DNA of 64,000 nt from Longimicrobiales bacterium (GCA_965218295.1 CBDCKN010000003.1:1-64000); one strand, 5' to 3'; positions 1 through 8,924 are shown, numbered from the stretch's first letter. A program made the numbers and translations. The notes: a model not told the origin generated them from the letters alone.

Positions 1-2
1 AG

Positions 3-248
3 GAGGTTGGGGGCAACTGGCGGACTATGGTAGGCACGCTGGACATCGACGAGCGCGCTTCGCAGATCACCCAAATCGAACAGGTCACCAACAAAGATCT
101 CCGCGCCCGCTTTGCGCAACCTCTCCGAGCGAGCGTCATTTCGCCGCACGAAGGCGCGGACAGGGAAGCCCTTCCGCAGAAGTTCCAATACGGCGACAGA
201 AGCGTTTCGGCCAGCCGCCGCCGTGACGAGAATTCTTGGCTTGGTCAT
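3..248 (-). CDS. NmrA-like NAD(P)-binding protein (partial, runs off window start)
   Basis: Hand translation from ATG 248: MTKPRILVTAAAGRNASVAVLELLRKGFPVRAFVRR...GAEIFVGDL, a Rossmann-type start; not in ORF track. Confidence 0.8.
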   Translation of the reverse strand, partial: MTKPRILVTAAAGRNASVAVLELLRKGFPVRAFVRRNDARSERLRKAGAEIFVGDLFDLGDLRSALVDVQRAYHSPPVAPNL

Positions 249-268
249 GATTGAGTTCCTCCGTGATA

Positions 269-286
269 TCAGACTACTTCGTCTGA
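269..286. promoter_or_regulatory. Palindromic operator copy 1 (TCAGAC-N6-GTCTGA), probable TetR site
   Basis: Perfect 6-bp inverted repeat 20 bp upstream of the NmrA-like start; recurs at 891-908 and 917-934. Confidence 0.75.
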
Positions 287-303
287 AATGGTGAAAAAAA
301 AAC

Positions 304-885
304 TTACTTAAGTACCCGAACTGCCACGTTCAAGTGACGTTGAATGTCACGGCGAGAGTGTCCGCTAGCGGCCAACATAAGCGCAGTCCGAAACTCCGTC
401 GCTAGGTAAGTTGCTAACTCTGCGATGTCGTTTGACGTTTCGAGTTCACCCTTCTCGACGGCACGGGCAAGGCAATGTTGTAGAACTTTGGCAGTGTCGC
501 GAAAGAAATCCATGACGAAGTCCCGGATTTCTGGATCTCTTAAACCCAGCTCAATCCCCGTGTTGCTAATGAGGCAACCGTGTGGCTCGTTCTTCGGTGT
601 CATCAGCTTCGGCGCATCCTTAAAGAAAGCGAGTATTTCAGGGAGTGAGGCGTGGGGTTTTCGAATAGGGCGTTGAATGTCCTGATGGCGATCGGCGGCG
701 AATTGCGTGAGTGCTTTCATAAACAGCTCTCGTTTCGTACCGAATGTCCCATAGATGCCGTATTTGGCCACGCCCGAGCGCTTGACAACCTCATCGACCG
801 AACCGTCGTAGTAACCCTTCTCCCAAAACAGCTCAATCGCCGTCTGGAGGACGTCCTGCGGGTCGAATTCTCGGGGTCTGGCCAT
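304..885 (-). CDS. TetR/AcrR family transcriptional regulator
   Basis: MARPREFD...LFWEKGY...GVAKYGIYGTFGTKRELF N-terminal HTH; ATG at 885. Confidence 0.95.
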   Translation of the reverse strand: MARPREFDPQDVLQTAIELFWEKGYYDGSVDEVVKRSGVAKYGIYGTFGTKRELFMKALTQFAADRHQDIQRPIRKPHASLPEILAFFKDAPKLMTPKNEPHGCLISNTGIELGLRDPEIRDFVMDFFRDTAKVLQHCLARAVEKGELETSNDIAELATYLATEFRTALMLAASGHSRRDIQRHLNVAVRVLK

Positions 886-890
886 AATTT

Positions 891-947
891 TCAAACTAGA
901 TCGTCTGGAATAAGATACAGACTACATCGTCTGAAACTGAAAGTCAA
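891..947 (-). promoter_or_regulatory. sigma70-type promoter of tetR overlapped by operator copies 2 and 3
   Basis: Minus strand TTGACT (947-942), 17 bp, TAGTCT (924-919); operators TCAAACtagatcGTCTGG (891-908) and ACAGACtacatcGTCTGA (917-934). Confidence 0.7.
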
Positions 948-1556
948 GTCATTACCGGTAAATTGATTCGATGAGGTGCCATCGCGAACCACGATCATCA
1001 CCTGAAGTGAGACGGTTTTTGGGACGGGGCAGAGAGCCATTCAGGAAAGTCACGATTTCGGGGTTGTCTGACGTCGTGGGCGTGTGCAGCTTCCCAGCCA
1101 AGAATCCTCCAGTCCGCAGGTGGCCGTGGCCTTTTCGAGGGCGGCGGCCGGGGCGTTGACCGATACCGGGAAGGAGAACGGGTGAGAGCGATCTACACGA
1201 CGCTGGCGGTGATCGTGGCCCTGGTGGTGATCGCCCATCTTCTCTTGGGCCAGGAGACCGGCTTCATTCGGGATTTCGCGCCCGGACTCGCCACCGAGGT
1301 CCTGGGCATCCTCCTCACTCTCGTATTCGTCCACCGCATCCTGGACCGGCGTGCCATGGAGGAGCGGGCGCGCGCGTCACGGGGAGGGGTGCGGAGGGCC
1401 GAGGACCCGCTGCGTGATCTGTCTGACCTCTGGACCGAGATCGTCCGCGGGTGTCTGGAGCGGCTCCCGAGCCACCCCCCGCACACCTACGAGGAGCTGT
1501 TCTCGTCGGAGTGGTCCGGAACCTGTCAACGCCAGTGAGACACTCTTGGAAATCAA

Positions 1557-2564
1557 TTAGAGAGCAATCTCCTGTGTAGTGAGGGATGGGGTGGGAGGAT
1601 TGATCCAGACGGCCTCCGGGAGTGGTTTAGGCTTCGGCTCACCGGAGACGAAGCGCTCGGGATGAGCGGCCCATGCCTCACGGAGCACGGCCTTCCTGCA
1701 GGCGATGATCCGATCGGCGTGACCGAAGTGGACCTGTTCGGGGGTCAGCATCGAGATGCCGCCATGGCGGTGCTCGGCATTATACCAACGGAAGAACGAG
1801 CGACAGAAGGTCTTGGCTTGCCCCTGATCCCCGAACCGGCCGGGAAACGAGGGATGGTACTTCAAGGTCTTGAACTGAGCCTCGGAGAACGGATTGTCAT
1901 CCGAGACCTGGGGTCGGCCCAACGAGCGGGTCACGCCGAGATCGGCGAGTAGTTGAGCCGTGCATTGGCTCGTCATCGGAGCCCCTCGATCGGAATGCAG
2001 GGTCAGGAGGTGGGGCTGGACGCCATGCTTCAAGCAACTCTGCTGGATCAGCCGGCTGGCCAGGGCAGAGTTCTCCCGATCCGCCACCATCCATCCCACG
2101 ACGTAGCGGCTGAAGATGTCCAGGATCACGTAGAGGTAGAAGTAACTCCACTTCTTCGGCCCCAGCAGCCGGGTGATATCCCAGGACCAGACCTGGTTCG
2201 GGCCCCTCGCCATCAACTCGGGTTTCTGGTATTTGGGATGACTCCGCTGCGCTCGACGCTCCTGAACCGGCACCTGGGAAGCCAGAACGCGATACATCGT
2301 ACGCTCGCTGCACAGGTAGACGTCCTCGTCGAGCAGCGTCGCCACCACCTCGGCTGGGGACCGGTCCACGAACCGCTCCGAACACAGCGTGTCGAAGACC
2401 TTGTCTCGTTCCTTCTCGCTTAAGGCCCGGGCGGGGGTCGGGCGGGGCTGCTGATGCCCGGTCGATGCACTCCGACGACGGTAGAACGTGGCTCGCGGCA
2501 CCCTGAGCGCATCGCACGCGGGCTTCACCCCTACGTGCTTGGCTAGCTCCTGGGTCGCCTTCAT
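1557..2564 (-). CDS. IS3-family transposase OrfB (DDE/rve domain)
   Basis: PNQVWSWDIT, ILDIFSRYVVGW, LHSDRG, DNPFSEAQFKTLK motifs. Confidence 0.95.
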   Translation of the reverse strand: MKATQELAKHVGVKPACDALRVPRATFYRRRSASTGHQQPRPTPARALSEKERDKVFDTLCSERFVDRSPAEVVATLLDEDVYLCSERTMYRVLASQVPVQERRAQRSHPKYQKPELMARGPNQVWSWDITRLLGPKKWSYFYLYVILDIFSRYVVGWMVADRENSALASRLIQQSCLKHGVQPHLLTLHSDRGAPMTSQCTAQLLADLGVTRSLGRPQVSDDNPFSEAQFKTLKYHPSFPGRFGDQGQAKTFCRSFFRWYNAEHRHGGISMLTPEQVHFGHADRIIACRKAVLREAWAAHPERFVSGEPKPKPLPEAVWINPPTPSLTTQEIAL

Positions 2565-3010
2565 GAGTTCGTCCCGTCCTCGAGGCTCAATCCCAGCAGC
2601 CCTGCAACTTTTCCCTGGACGTCGATGATCAAGTGCGCCTTCTGGAGCTCCTTCTCGAGGCGAGTGTTCTCGCGCTCCAGCTTGCGCACCTTCTCCTCCA
2701 GCGGATTGCGCTCGCGCTTACGGCCTCGTTTCTTCGACAGCGCTTTCAGGGACCCGCTATGCGCCGCCTTGCGCCATGTCGTCAGGTGCGACGAGTACAA
2801 GCCCTCCCGCCGTAGGAGTCGGCCAACCTCTCCGGGCTCCGTGCACCGGTCCGCTTCTTCGACGATCCGCAGCTTGTACGACGGAGCGAACCGCCGGCGC
2901 AGCGGCCTATCTACCACCTCCGAGTCCGCAGGAGCTGCCGCGCTTCGCTTACCGTCCCAGGTTGGTGGGGCTATTCCATTCTCTTTCATTCTCTCTCGGT
3001 GTCTCAGCAT
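2561..3010 (-). CDS. IS3-family transposase OrfA (HTH plus coiled coil)
   Basis: RRRFAPSYKLRIVEEAD...LRREGLYSSHLTTWR; ATGA overlap with orfB; slippery G_GGA_AAA at 2615-2609. Confidence 0.9.
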   Translation of the reverse strand: MLRHRERMKENGIAPPTWDGKRSAAAPADSEVVDRPLRRRFAPSYKLRIVEEADRCTEPGEVGRLLRREGLYSSHLTTWRKAAHSGSLKALSKKRGRKRERNPLEEKVRKLERENTRLEKELQKAHLIIDVQGKVAGLLGLSLEDGTNS

Positions 3011-3695
3011 CCTCGGTTTCTCTGCCTTCGCCCTACTCTAATTCCTTAGCTGCTCCGTGTCTCACGTAAGTTGGCAGAGAGGGGTCCGCCGCCATCGACC
3101 ACTGTGACCTCACCCACGTGCGTTACGCCTGGAGCGACGAGACCTGGGCCGAGTCGGCCGCTCGCGTCATCGCCCGCGCCAGGGACCAGATCAGCGGGAT
3201 CCTCGACCTTTACGGTGTGCACCTGAACGCCCACTTCATCGAGGTCCTGGACGAGATCCGGGACGATCCATTCCTCTCCCACGTCGAGACCCTGGGCGAG
3301 CAGCTCCGAGTCGGCCGGGAGCTCTTCCCCGACGAGATCGAGGCCGAGGACTACTCCATCTCACGCACGTCTGCCGTGCGAGGTAGATTCCTCCGGACGC
3401 TCGTGCAGGCCATTTGGCTCTACAACGAGAGCGCCCTGGGCGACGCCCCGATCAAGGAGCTGCCCGAGGACTTCTGGAATCCGGAGCGTTCGCCAGGGCC
3501 GGGGACGTTGAGGTTCGAGGGGTAGGGTTAGGGGGGCGATCCCGGGCCTCGTTTATCCGACCACGGTCTTGGCCGTATCGCCCTAAGCTTCCGAGACGGG
3601 CGGTACCAAGATCGCCTGGCCTCATCAGGAAGAGGGCCAACTCCATCCCGTAGAGGGCCATTATCACGGATGTCGCGGTCAGGCCCGCAGTGTCC

Positions 3696-4865
3696 TCATG
3701 GGACCCAGATCGGGTTCGTGAAGATCCAGGGAACCTGGCCCCGTCTCAGCTCGACGTAGATCTCCAGGCGGTACACCCCGGGCGCGGGCAGGGCCCCGGA
3801 GTCGTAGGCGGGACCCCACCCCTCCGACACCAACGATCCATCCCGATAGAGCCTCACGATCGTGGGTGCGGAGATGTCGGGAACCGAGGCGGTGATCCGG
3901 ACGGCCCCCGCCTCCCAGGGGAGCTCTCCGCCGAACGTTACCGACTCATCCAGGCTCGTGGCTTCGGCCGAGAAGCCTGAGGCGTCGGCAATGCCGTCGA
4001 AGGCGCAGAAGCTGCGACCGAAGCGCAGCGCCTCCGTCACGAGTGCCGCATCATGGGCCGCATCCCCCGTGGGTTCGGCCCCTAGAAGCACATGTTGGCG
4101 AGCAAGGCTGAAGAGGTCCCGGTAGGCGGGAAATGGCAGAGCCAGTTCCTCAGTCACAGGGACATTGGAATGGGCATCCACCGAGCAGACACCCGGCACC
4201 CGGTGTCCCTCCGACAGCAGGCGGTCCCAGCGCTCGAGGGTGGCCGTCGGCCGGTCCACGAGCTTGAGCATGGCGGAGACCGGCTCCGCCGGCAGAAGCA
4301 GGAGGGCCCGGGGCCAATCGTCCAGGCCGTCGTCACGGAGCTCCGTGTCCCAGTTCCAGATCTCGAGGGCGTCGAAGCCGGCGGGGTCCCAATCCCGCCA
4401 AGGCTCGCCCGGTCCCTCCGGGTGGGCCACGATACGGAGGCCCGCACCCGCCGGGACCGAAGATCCCAGCGGCGAGCCCTGTTCCTCCGCCCCGGCACGG
4501 CGTGCCCGCCTCTCCTCAGGATCGTCGCCACCGATTACGAGGATGTGCCCAGAGGGCACTCTCGCCTCCTCCCCGAGCACCATGAGTCGCCCGTCCATGT
4601 ACACGGGTGCCGGCATGGCCCAGACGTTGTGGTCCGTGATGGTGAGAAAGTCGAGTCCGGTCACCCGGGCGGCGGCAGCGACCTCGTCCAAGGTCCCACC
4701 ACCGTCCGACGCCACCGTGTGGACGTGGATGGCACCCACCCACTCTCGGGTCCCTCGTGCCGACGGCGCTTCCAATGGGAGACGGGTCGTCAGGGATACC
4801 ACGACAGCCGCGATGGACGCCAGCAACCCCGTCACTAGGGCGATCTTCAGAAGCCGAGTGAGCAC
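3696..4865 (-). CDS. PHP-domain metallohydrolase, membrane-anchored or exported
   Basis: GAIHVHTVASDG, ITDHN, VAHP, SVDAH metal ligands; N-terminal hydrophobic segment. Confidence 0.85.
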   Translation of the reverse strand: MLTRLLKIALVTGLLASIAAVVVSLTTRLPLEAPSARGTREWVGAIHVHTVASDGGGTLDEVAAAARVTGLDFLTITDHNVWAMPAPVYMDGRLMVLGEEARVPSGHILVIGGDDPEERRARRAGAEEQGSPLGSSVPAGAGLRIVAHPEGPGEPWRDWDPAGFDALEIWNWDTELRDDGLDDWPRALLLLPAEPVSAMLKLVDRPTATLERWDRLLSEGHRVPGVCSVDAHSNVPVTEELALPFPAYRDLFSLARQHVLLGAEPTGDAAHDAALVTEALRFGRSFCAFDGIADASGFSAEATSLDESVTFGGELPWEAGAVRITASVPDISAPTIVRLYRDGSLVSEGWGPAYDSGALPAPGVYRLEIYVELRRGQVPWIFTNPIWVP

Positions 4866-4950
4866 GACTCGTCAGGGTCGAAGATGACGATCAGGCGAGT
4901 GCGGTGACGCGGAGGCCCATGTCGGATGCTATAGAGCCTCTCCGACTTTT

Positions 4951-4998
4951 GAAAGGCGCCTCCGCCGAAAGGCGCTTCCGCTGAAAGGCGCTTCCGCA
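4951..4998. repeat. Tandem repeat, 3 x 16 bp (GAAAGGCGCYTCCGCN)
   Basis: Copies at 4951, 4967 and 4983, intergenic. Confidence 0.9.
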
Positions 4999-5059
4999 TG
5001 GGGTCAGAGGAGTGGGCCACCCGGGATCGAGAAGAACGTTCTCGCCCTGAGAATGGAAA

Positions 5060-5083
5060 CGGGGGAGGGTTTCCCCTCCCCCG
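5060..5083 (-). terminator. Probable intrinsic terminator
   Basis: Stem CGGGGGAGGG/CCCTCCCCCG with 4-nt loop, followed by TTTCCATTCT on the minus strand, 30 bp after the stop at 5112. Confidence 0.65.
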
Positions 5084-5111
5084 CCGGTGCGGTACGCAAC
5101 AACAACAAGTG

Positions 5112-5856
5112 CTACCCTTGGCGTCTTCGGAAGGGATGACGGCCGCTGCGGGTCGACAGGTCGACTTCGAATGACTCGCCATCTACGGTCATGGTAGCGA
5201 ATTGCGTACCGTTGAAGGTGATGACCACGTGCCTGGTGCGTGTCTCGTCGCCGTTGGGCCCGTTGACGATGACCGCGGTCACGTCCCGGGTGATGGTCCC
5301 GGACAGCGGGTAGGAATTCTCCTCCCGAGGAACGGTGTGAACGACGTCCGTAATGACCGACGCACCGGACATCTCGTAGCTGCGATCACCGTTCTCGTCG
5401 GAGTGGTGGCTCCGTGACAGGGTGCTGCTCCCCGTACCGTTCGCCGTGCGGGTGGTCTCGTCGCCCTCAAGACCCGTGACCGTGATGTCCCTCGTCCGTG
5501 AGATGGTACCGGACCAGTTCTCGCGCTCCATCTCGCCAGTGATCTCGCTCACGATGTGAACCCGAGGCCGTCGTGACCTCGTCGTAGGCCTCCTGCTCGT
5601 TCCCGTCGGCATCGTAGTAGGTGACGGTTCGAACGCGATCCAGAGGCGCGGCGAAGGCACCTCCGAGGCCACCACCGAAGGCCAACTGCAACTCCGCCAA
5701 GTCCTCGATGAGCGCGTCGGCCGACACCATCGCGACGTCGAGGGTCAGGAGGGACTCGAGTTGCGAGTCCGTGCCGTCGGGGCCGGCAGTGTCGCTACAG
5801 GCGGCCAGCGCGATCACACTCAGTGCCACCAATCCATGCATCAGGCGGTGCTTCAT
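5112..5856 (-). pseudogene. Lipoprotein of unknown function, +1 frameshift near 5562
   Basis: Signal/lipobox MKHRLMHGLVALSVIALAAC; one extra G at TCG-G-GTT separates ORFs 5467..5856 and 5112..5675. Confidence 0.75.
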
Positions 5857-6040
5857 ATTCCGAATCTCCTCACACGGCTCTAGGCCGATCGGAGCGACGG
5901 TTCATCCCTTCCACCAGACTTTGACTTCAGGAGGGGCCGAAATGTTAAATCGACGCCCTTGTTCACGATTTACCAACGATCCAGGTTGTGCAGGCAGGGG
6001 GGTGGCCAGATGCCTCTCCGCCGACGACCGCCCACCGCCC

Positions 6041-6733
6041 TCACGATCCGCCGTCCTCTAGCGACGCCCGCACGATCCAGTCCAGCTCCGGGAACTCCTC
6101 GTCCAAGTACTCGGCCCCCCGGGCCATGGCCATGGCCTGATAAACGCCCTCCCCCCGAGGAGGGCCGTCCCCGTAGTCGGAGTAGAGCCCGTCAACTACG
6201 TCCATACCCTCCGCCACCTCACCGAAGGGGGTGAAGCCGCGCTCGTCGAGGCTCGAATTGTCCTTGTAGTTGACGAACACCTGTACGGTTCGGCTGTTGG
6301 GCCCGCTCCTGGCGAAGGACACGCGCCCGCGGGTATTGGACTGTGTGACGGGGTCGTCGGCCAGGAGCTCGTCCTGCCAGACGGCGTTCACGTAGGGCTC
6401 GTCGTGGATGCCCCACCCCGCCATGAAATTATTCAGGACTCTGTGAAACCGGACCCCGTCGTACCATCCGCGCTTCACGAGGTTGTAGAAGCGGTCCGCC
6501 CCGAGGGGAGCCCACTCCTGGTGCACCTCGATGACGAAGTCCCCTTTGGTGGTCTCGAAGCGGGCGCGGAAGCTCTCCGGCGCCGTCTCGCTGAACTGAT
6601 TCGCGCGCAGGAGCGGATTCTGTAGTCGCGGATCCGCCGGCTCCTCCACGGCCTCCCCACCGCACGCCGCCATGAGGGCGAGGCCGAGGAGCACCCCGAG
6701 CCGTCGAGCCACGTGTGCCACTCCCCGGCTCAC
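6041..6733 (-). CDS. Cyclophilin-type peptidyl-prolyl isomerase, lipoprotein
   Basis: FETTKGDFVIEV, WAPLGADRFYNLV, FHRV, SNTRG, GFTPFGEV; lipobox LMAAC. Confidence 0.92.
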   Translation of the reverse strand: MSRGVAHVARRLGVLLGLALMAACGGEAVEEPADPRLQNPLLRANQFSETAPESFRARFETTKGDFVIEVHQEWAPLGADRFYNLVKRGWYDGVRFHRVLNNFMAGWGIHDEPYVNAVWQDELLADDPVTQSNTRGRVSFARSGPNSRTVQVFVNYKDNSSLDERGFTPFGEVAEGMDVVDGLYSDYGDGPPRGEGVYQAMAMARGAEYLDEEFPELDWIVRASLEDGGS

Positions 6734-6830
6734 CGACGGCCCATCTCCAGCTCCCCGTCCGTGGTGGCGAGGCTCTTCAAGCCGAATTGGGCCGCGCTGG
6801 GTCTCAGCCGCCCGAACCGTCGTTGCCCGG

Positions 6831-7346
6831 CTACTTCACGATGATGCGGCGCTTCTTGCGCTTCTTCCTCTTGTGCTGGTCGTCGGCGTCGTCCAGCTCA
6901 TCGACGTCGATGGTCAGGACACCGTCGAACTCTCGTTCGAGCTCTTCCAGAGCCTGCTCGAGGGCCCGATGACGGGCCTCGCGCCGCATCTCTTCGATTT
7001 TTGCATGGTCAGGCCGGCGCATACGCATCCGGGTCACGATATGGGGGGCGGTCTCCACGACTACATGTGGCCTCATGTGCATCATGGTGATCACATGGGG
7101 CGTCGTCGTGACGACCACCGTGGGACCGTGTCCGACCCGGACCCGGAAGGGCTCGACGTAGACCCGGACGGGCTCCACCTCGACATCCACGCGAGGCACC
7201 GCCGTTTCCACGACGGGGGTGAGCTCAGCCACGGCCGGCGCCTCCTCCTGCTGGCTGTGCGCGTAGAGGTTCGTGAGTCCGTAGCCAGCACCAGCGCCGG
7301 CCAGGATGGCTGTGAAAGCCATGATGTCGGACGATCGCACACCCAT
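6831..7346 (-). CDS. Hypothetical protein (N-terminal TM segment, PHV/PHI repeats, basic tail)
   Basis: Open frame with host-like codon usage; no recognised family. Confidence 0.6.
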   Translation of the reverse strand: MGVRSSDIMAFTAILAGAGAGYGLTNLYAHSQQEEAPAVAELTPVVETAVPRVDVEVEPVRVYVEPFRVRVGHGPTVVVTTTPHVITMMHMRPHVVVETAPHIVTRMRMRRPDHAKIEEMRREARHRALEQALEELEREFDGVLTIDVDELDDADDQHKRKKRKKRRIIVK

Positions 7347-7401
7347 CTGAGGCTCCATTCGTTGAAATCCAGACCCCAACCCCCGAACCGGCCATGCGCC
7401 G

Positions 7402-7445
7402 TCCGAGGCGTCCCATCTATGGATCCGAGGCGTCCCATCTATGGA
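7402..7445. repeat. Perfect tandem duplication, 2 x 22 bp
   Basis: TCCGAGGCGTCCCATCTATGGA at 7402 and 7424. Confidence 0.95.
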
Positions 7446-7489
7446 TATGACGCTTCGACCATCCGTATGGTTGCCCTGCGCCTATCATC

Positions 7490-7535
7490 TCAGTACCGCT
7501 GGAACGTCCCGGTCAGTACCGCTGGAACGTCCCGG
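7490..7535. repeat. Perfect tandem duplication, 2 x 23 bp, copying the 3' end of the 70-aa gene
   Basis: TCAGTACCGCTGGAACGTCCCGG at 7490 and 7513. Confidence 0.95.
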
Positions 7536-7725
7536 TCTCCTCCACGACGACCCGGTGTCCGTCCATGGAAGACGGGATCTTCCCCGAGGATCCGCCCTTC
7601 CCGGACACGAAGACCTTCAGGCACGGCTTGCCGCCTGAAAGGCCGATGGCGGTCCCCGTCACCCCGGGCAGGTCGATCACCTTCTTCGTGAGCTTGTCGA
7701 GGGCGCTCTTCATCTCGTCCGCCAA
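7513..7725 (-). CDS. Small protein homologous to the N-terminal domain of the adjacent protease
   Basis: LPGVTGTAIG...GGKP...IPSSMDGHRVVVEETGTF aligns by eye to IDGVVGTAVG...GGMP...VPASLEGIPVLPEVTGEF. Confidence 0.8.
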   Translation of the reverse strand: MADEMKSALDKLTKKVIDLPGVTGTAIGLSGGKPCLKVFVSGKGGSSGKIPSSMDGHRVVVEETGTFQRY

Positions 7726-7747
7726 GCCTGGCGCCTGCTCGAGAATG

Positions 7748-8809
7748 CTAACTCCCGTCGACGCTCACCCCGAAGCGCTTCAGGACGAGATCGATGGGGT
7801 TGGCGATGGTGTGCGTGTTGCTACCGGCGAAGAGAAGTCCCACGGGCCTCCGGTCGTCACCACCGCTGGCCTTCGTGACCACGAGGGATCCCGAGTCTCC
7901 GCCCTGGCTGAATCTGCCGTCGCTGATGAGGATCTGATCCACGAAGCGAACGGTCCCGGTGTTGTAGTTCACGTTGATGGTGGCGTTGATCCCCGTCACC
8001 GTGCCCGTCGTAAGTCCCGTGGTGCGGCCGTACTTCTGCACCCGCTGGCTCAGAGTGGCCGTGACCGTCTTGGACCGCGGCTCACCGTATCCGTTGGCGG
8101 GCGTGCCCGTCCCGAGGTTTTCCGTCGACGTCAGTGCGACGGCGGCGTCGATCCGGTTGTCGGGACAGACGAGGGCCCTGCAGAAGCGGAGCGGCTCGAA
8201 ATCGTGCAGTGTACCGATCGAGTTCGTGGGGTCCGTGCCTCCGTCCACCCGGCCGGGTTGGAGGATGTTGTCCCCCTTCTTGGCGTCGTTCCGGTTGGCG
8301 AACACGTGGTTGTTGCTCAACGCGAAGATCTCAGCGCCGTCGCTCACCCGGGCTCCGATGGTCCCCGCGGTCACGTCGGGCTGGCCAGCGGACACGCCGA
8401 TGGGCACGGGGCGAGGGAAGCGGCCCTTTGGGTCCACTGCACTGTCGGACTCTCGCGCCCGCGGGCCGTCTCCCAGAGCCCAGAACTCGCCGGTCACCTC
8501 GGGGAGCACCGGAATGCCCTCGAGGCTGGCCGGCACGCCCAGCACGCCCACGCGCGCGGTGTACACCATAACGACGGGCATCCCTCCGGTACCGATCCCG
8601 ACGGCCGTACCCACGACGCCGTCGATCCGGAAGAGGTCAGGCGTGTGGAGATCCTGGGCCACCATGGCCGCGGAGAGGTCGGCGGAGCTCGGCTCCCGGG
8701 AGGGCCCGAAGATCCAGAGGTCGTCGTGAACGGCGGGACTGGGCAGAAAGAGCTCGGCCAGCAGCGCCGCCAGGAATGTGATCTTCGACCGACGTCCCCA
8801 CCTCGTCAC
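7748..8809 (-). CDS. Trypsin-like (Nal1-like) serine protease
   Basis: AGTIG, SNNHV (His), IDAA (Asp), VQKYGRTTGLT, GGDSGS (Ser); GTG start at 8809 inferred. Confidence 0.88.
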   Translation of the reverse strand: MTRWGRRSKITFLAALLAELFLPSPAVHDDLWIFGPSREPSSADLSAAMVAQDLHTPDLFRIDGVVGTAVGIGTGGMPVVMVYTARVGVLGVPASLEGIPVLPEVTGEFWALGDGPRARESDSAVDPKGRFPRPVPIGVSAGQPDVTAGTIGARVSDGAEIFALSNNHVFANRNDAKKGDNILQPGRVDGGTDPTNSIGTLHDFEPLRFCRALVCPDNRIDAAVALTSTENLGTGTPANGYGEPRSKTVTATLSQRVQKYGRTTGLTTGTVTGINATINVNYNTGTVRFVDQILISDGRFSQGGDSGSLVVTKASGGDDRRPVGLLFAGSNTHTIANPIDLVLKRFGVSVDGS

Positions 8810-8924
8810 TGGATACTCCCGTCTCTCGTCATCGGTCAAACATGCTCCTTCGTGGGCCCACACATATACCATACGGGTGGACAGGGGAGGAAAGTTCCAT
8901 CCCTTCCCTAACGTCGCACCCTCT

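Larger units (their letters stand above)
1519..3082 (-). mobile_element. IS3-family insertion sequence, about 1.56 kb
   Basis: orfA/orfB pair; imperfect 20-bp IRs at 1524-1543 (TGTCAACgccaGTGAGACAC) and 3057-3076 (reverse complement TGCCAACttacGTGAGACAC); direct repeat GGTCCG at 1513-1518 and 3083-3088. Confidence 0.9.
1182..3525 (+). pseudogene. Membrane-anchored hypothetical protein interrupted by the IS
   Basis: Removing the IS and one GGTCCG copy joins ORFs 1182.. and ..3525 in frame: ...EELFSSEWS-AAIDHCDLTHVRYAWSDETW... Confidence 0.85.

Noticed and set aside
7402..7535. Possible mini-CRISPR array
   Set aside because: Repeats are abutting with no spacers, the two units are unrelated, and no cas genes were recognised
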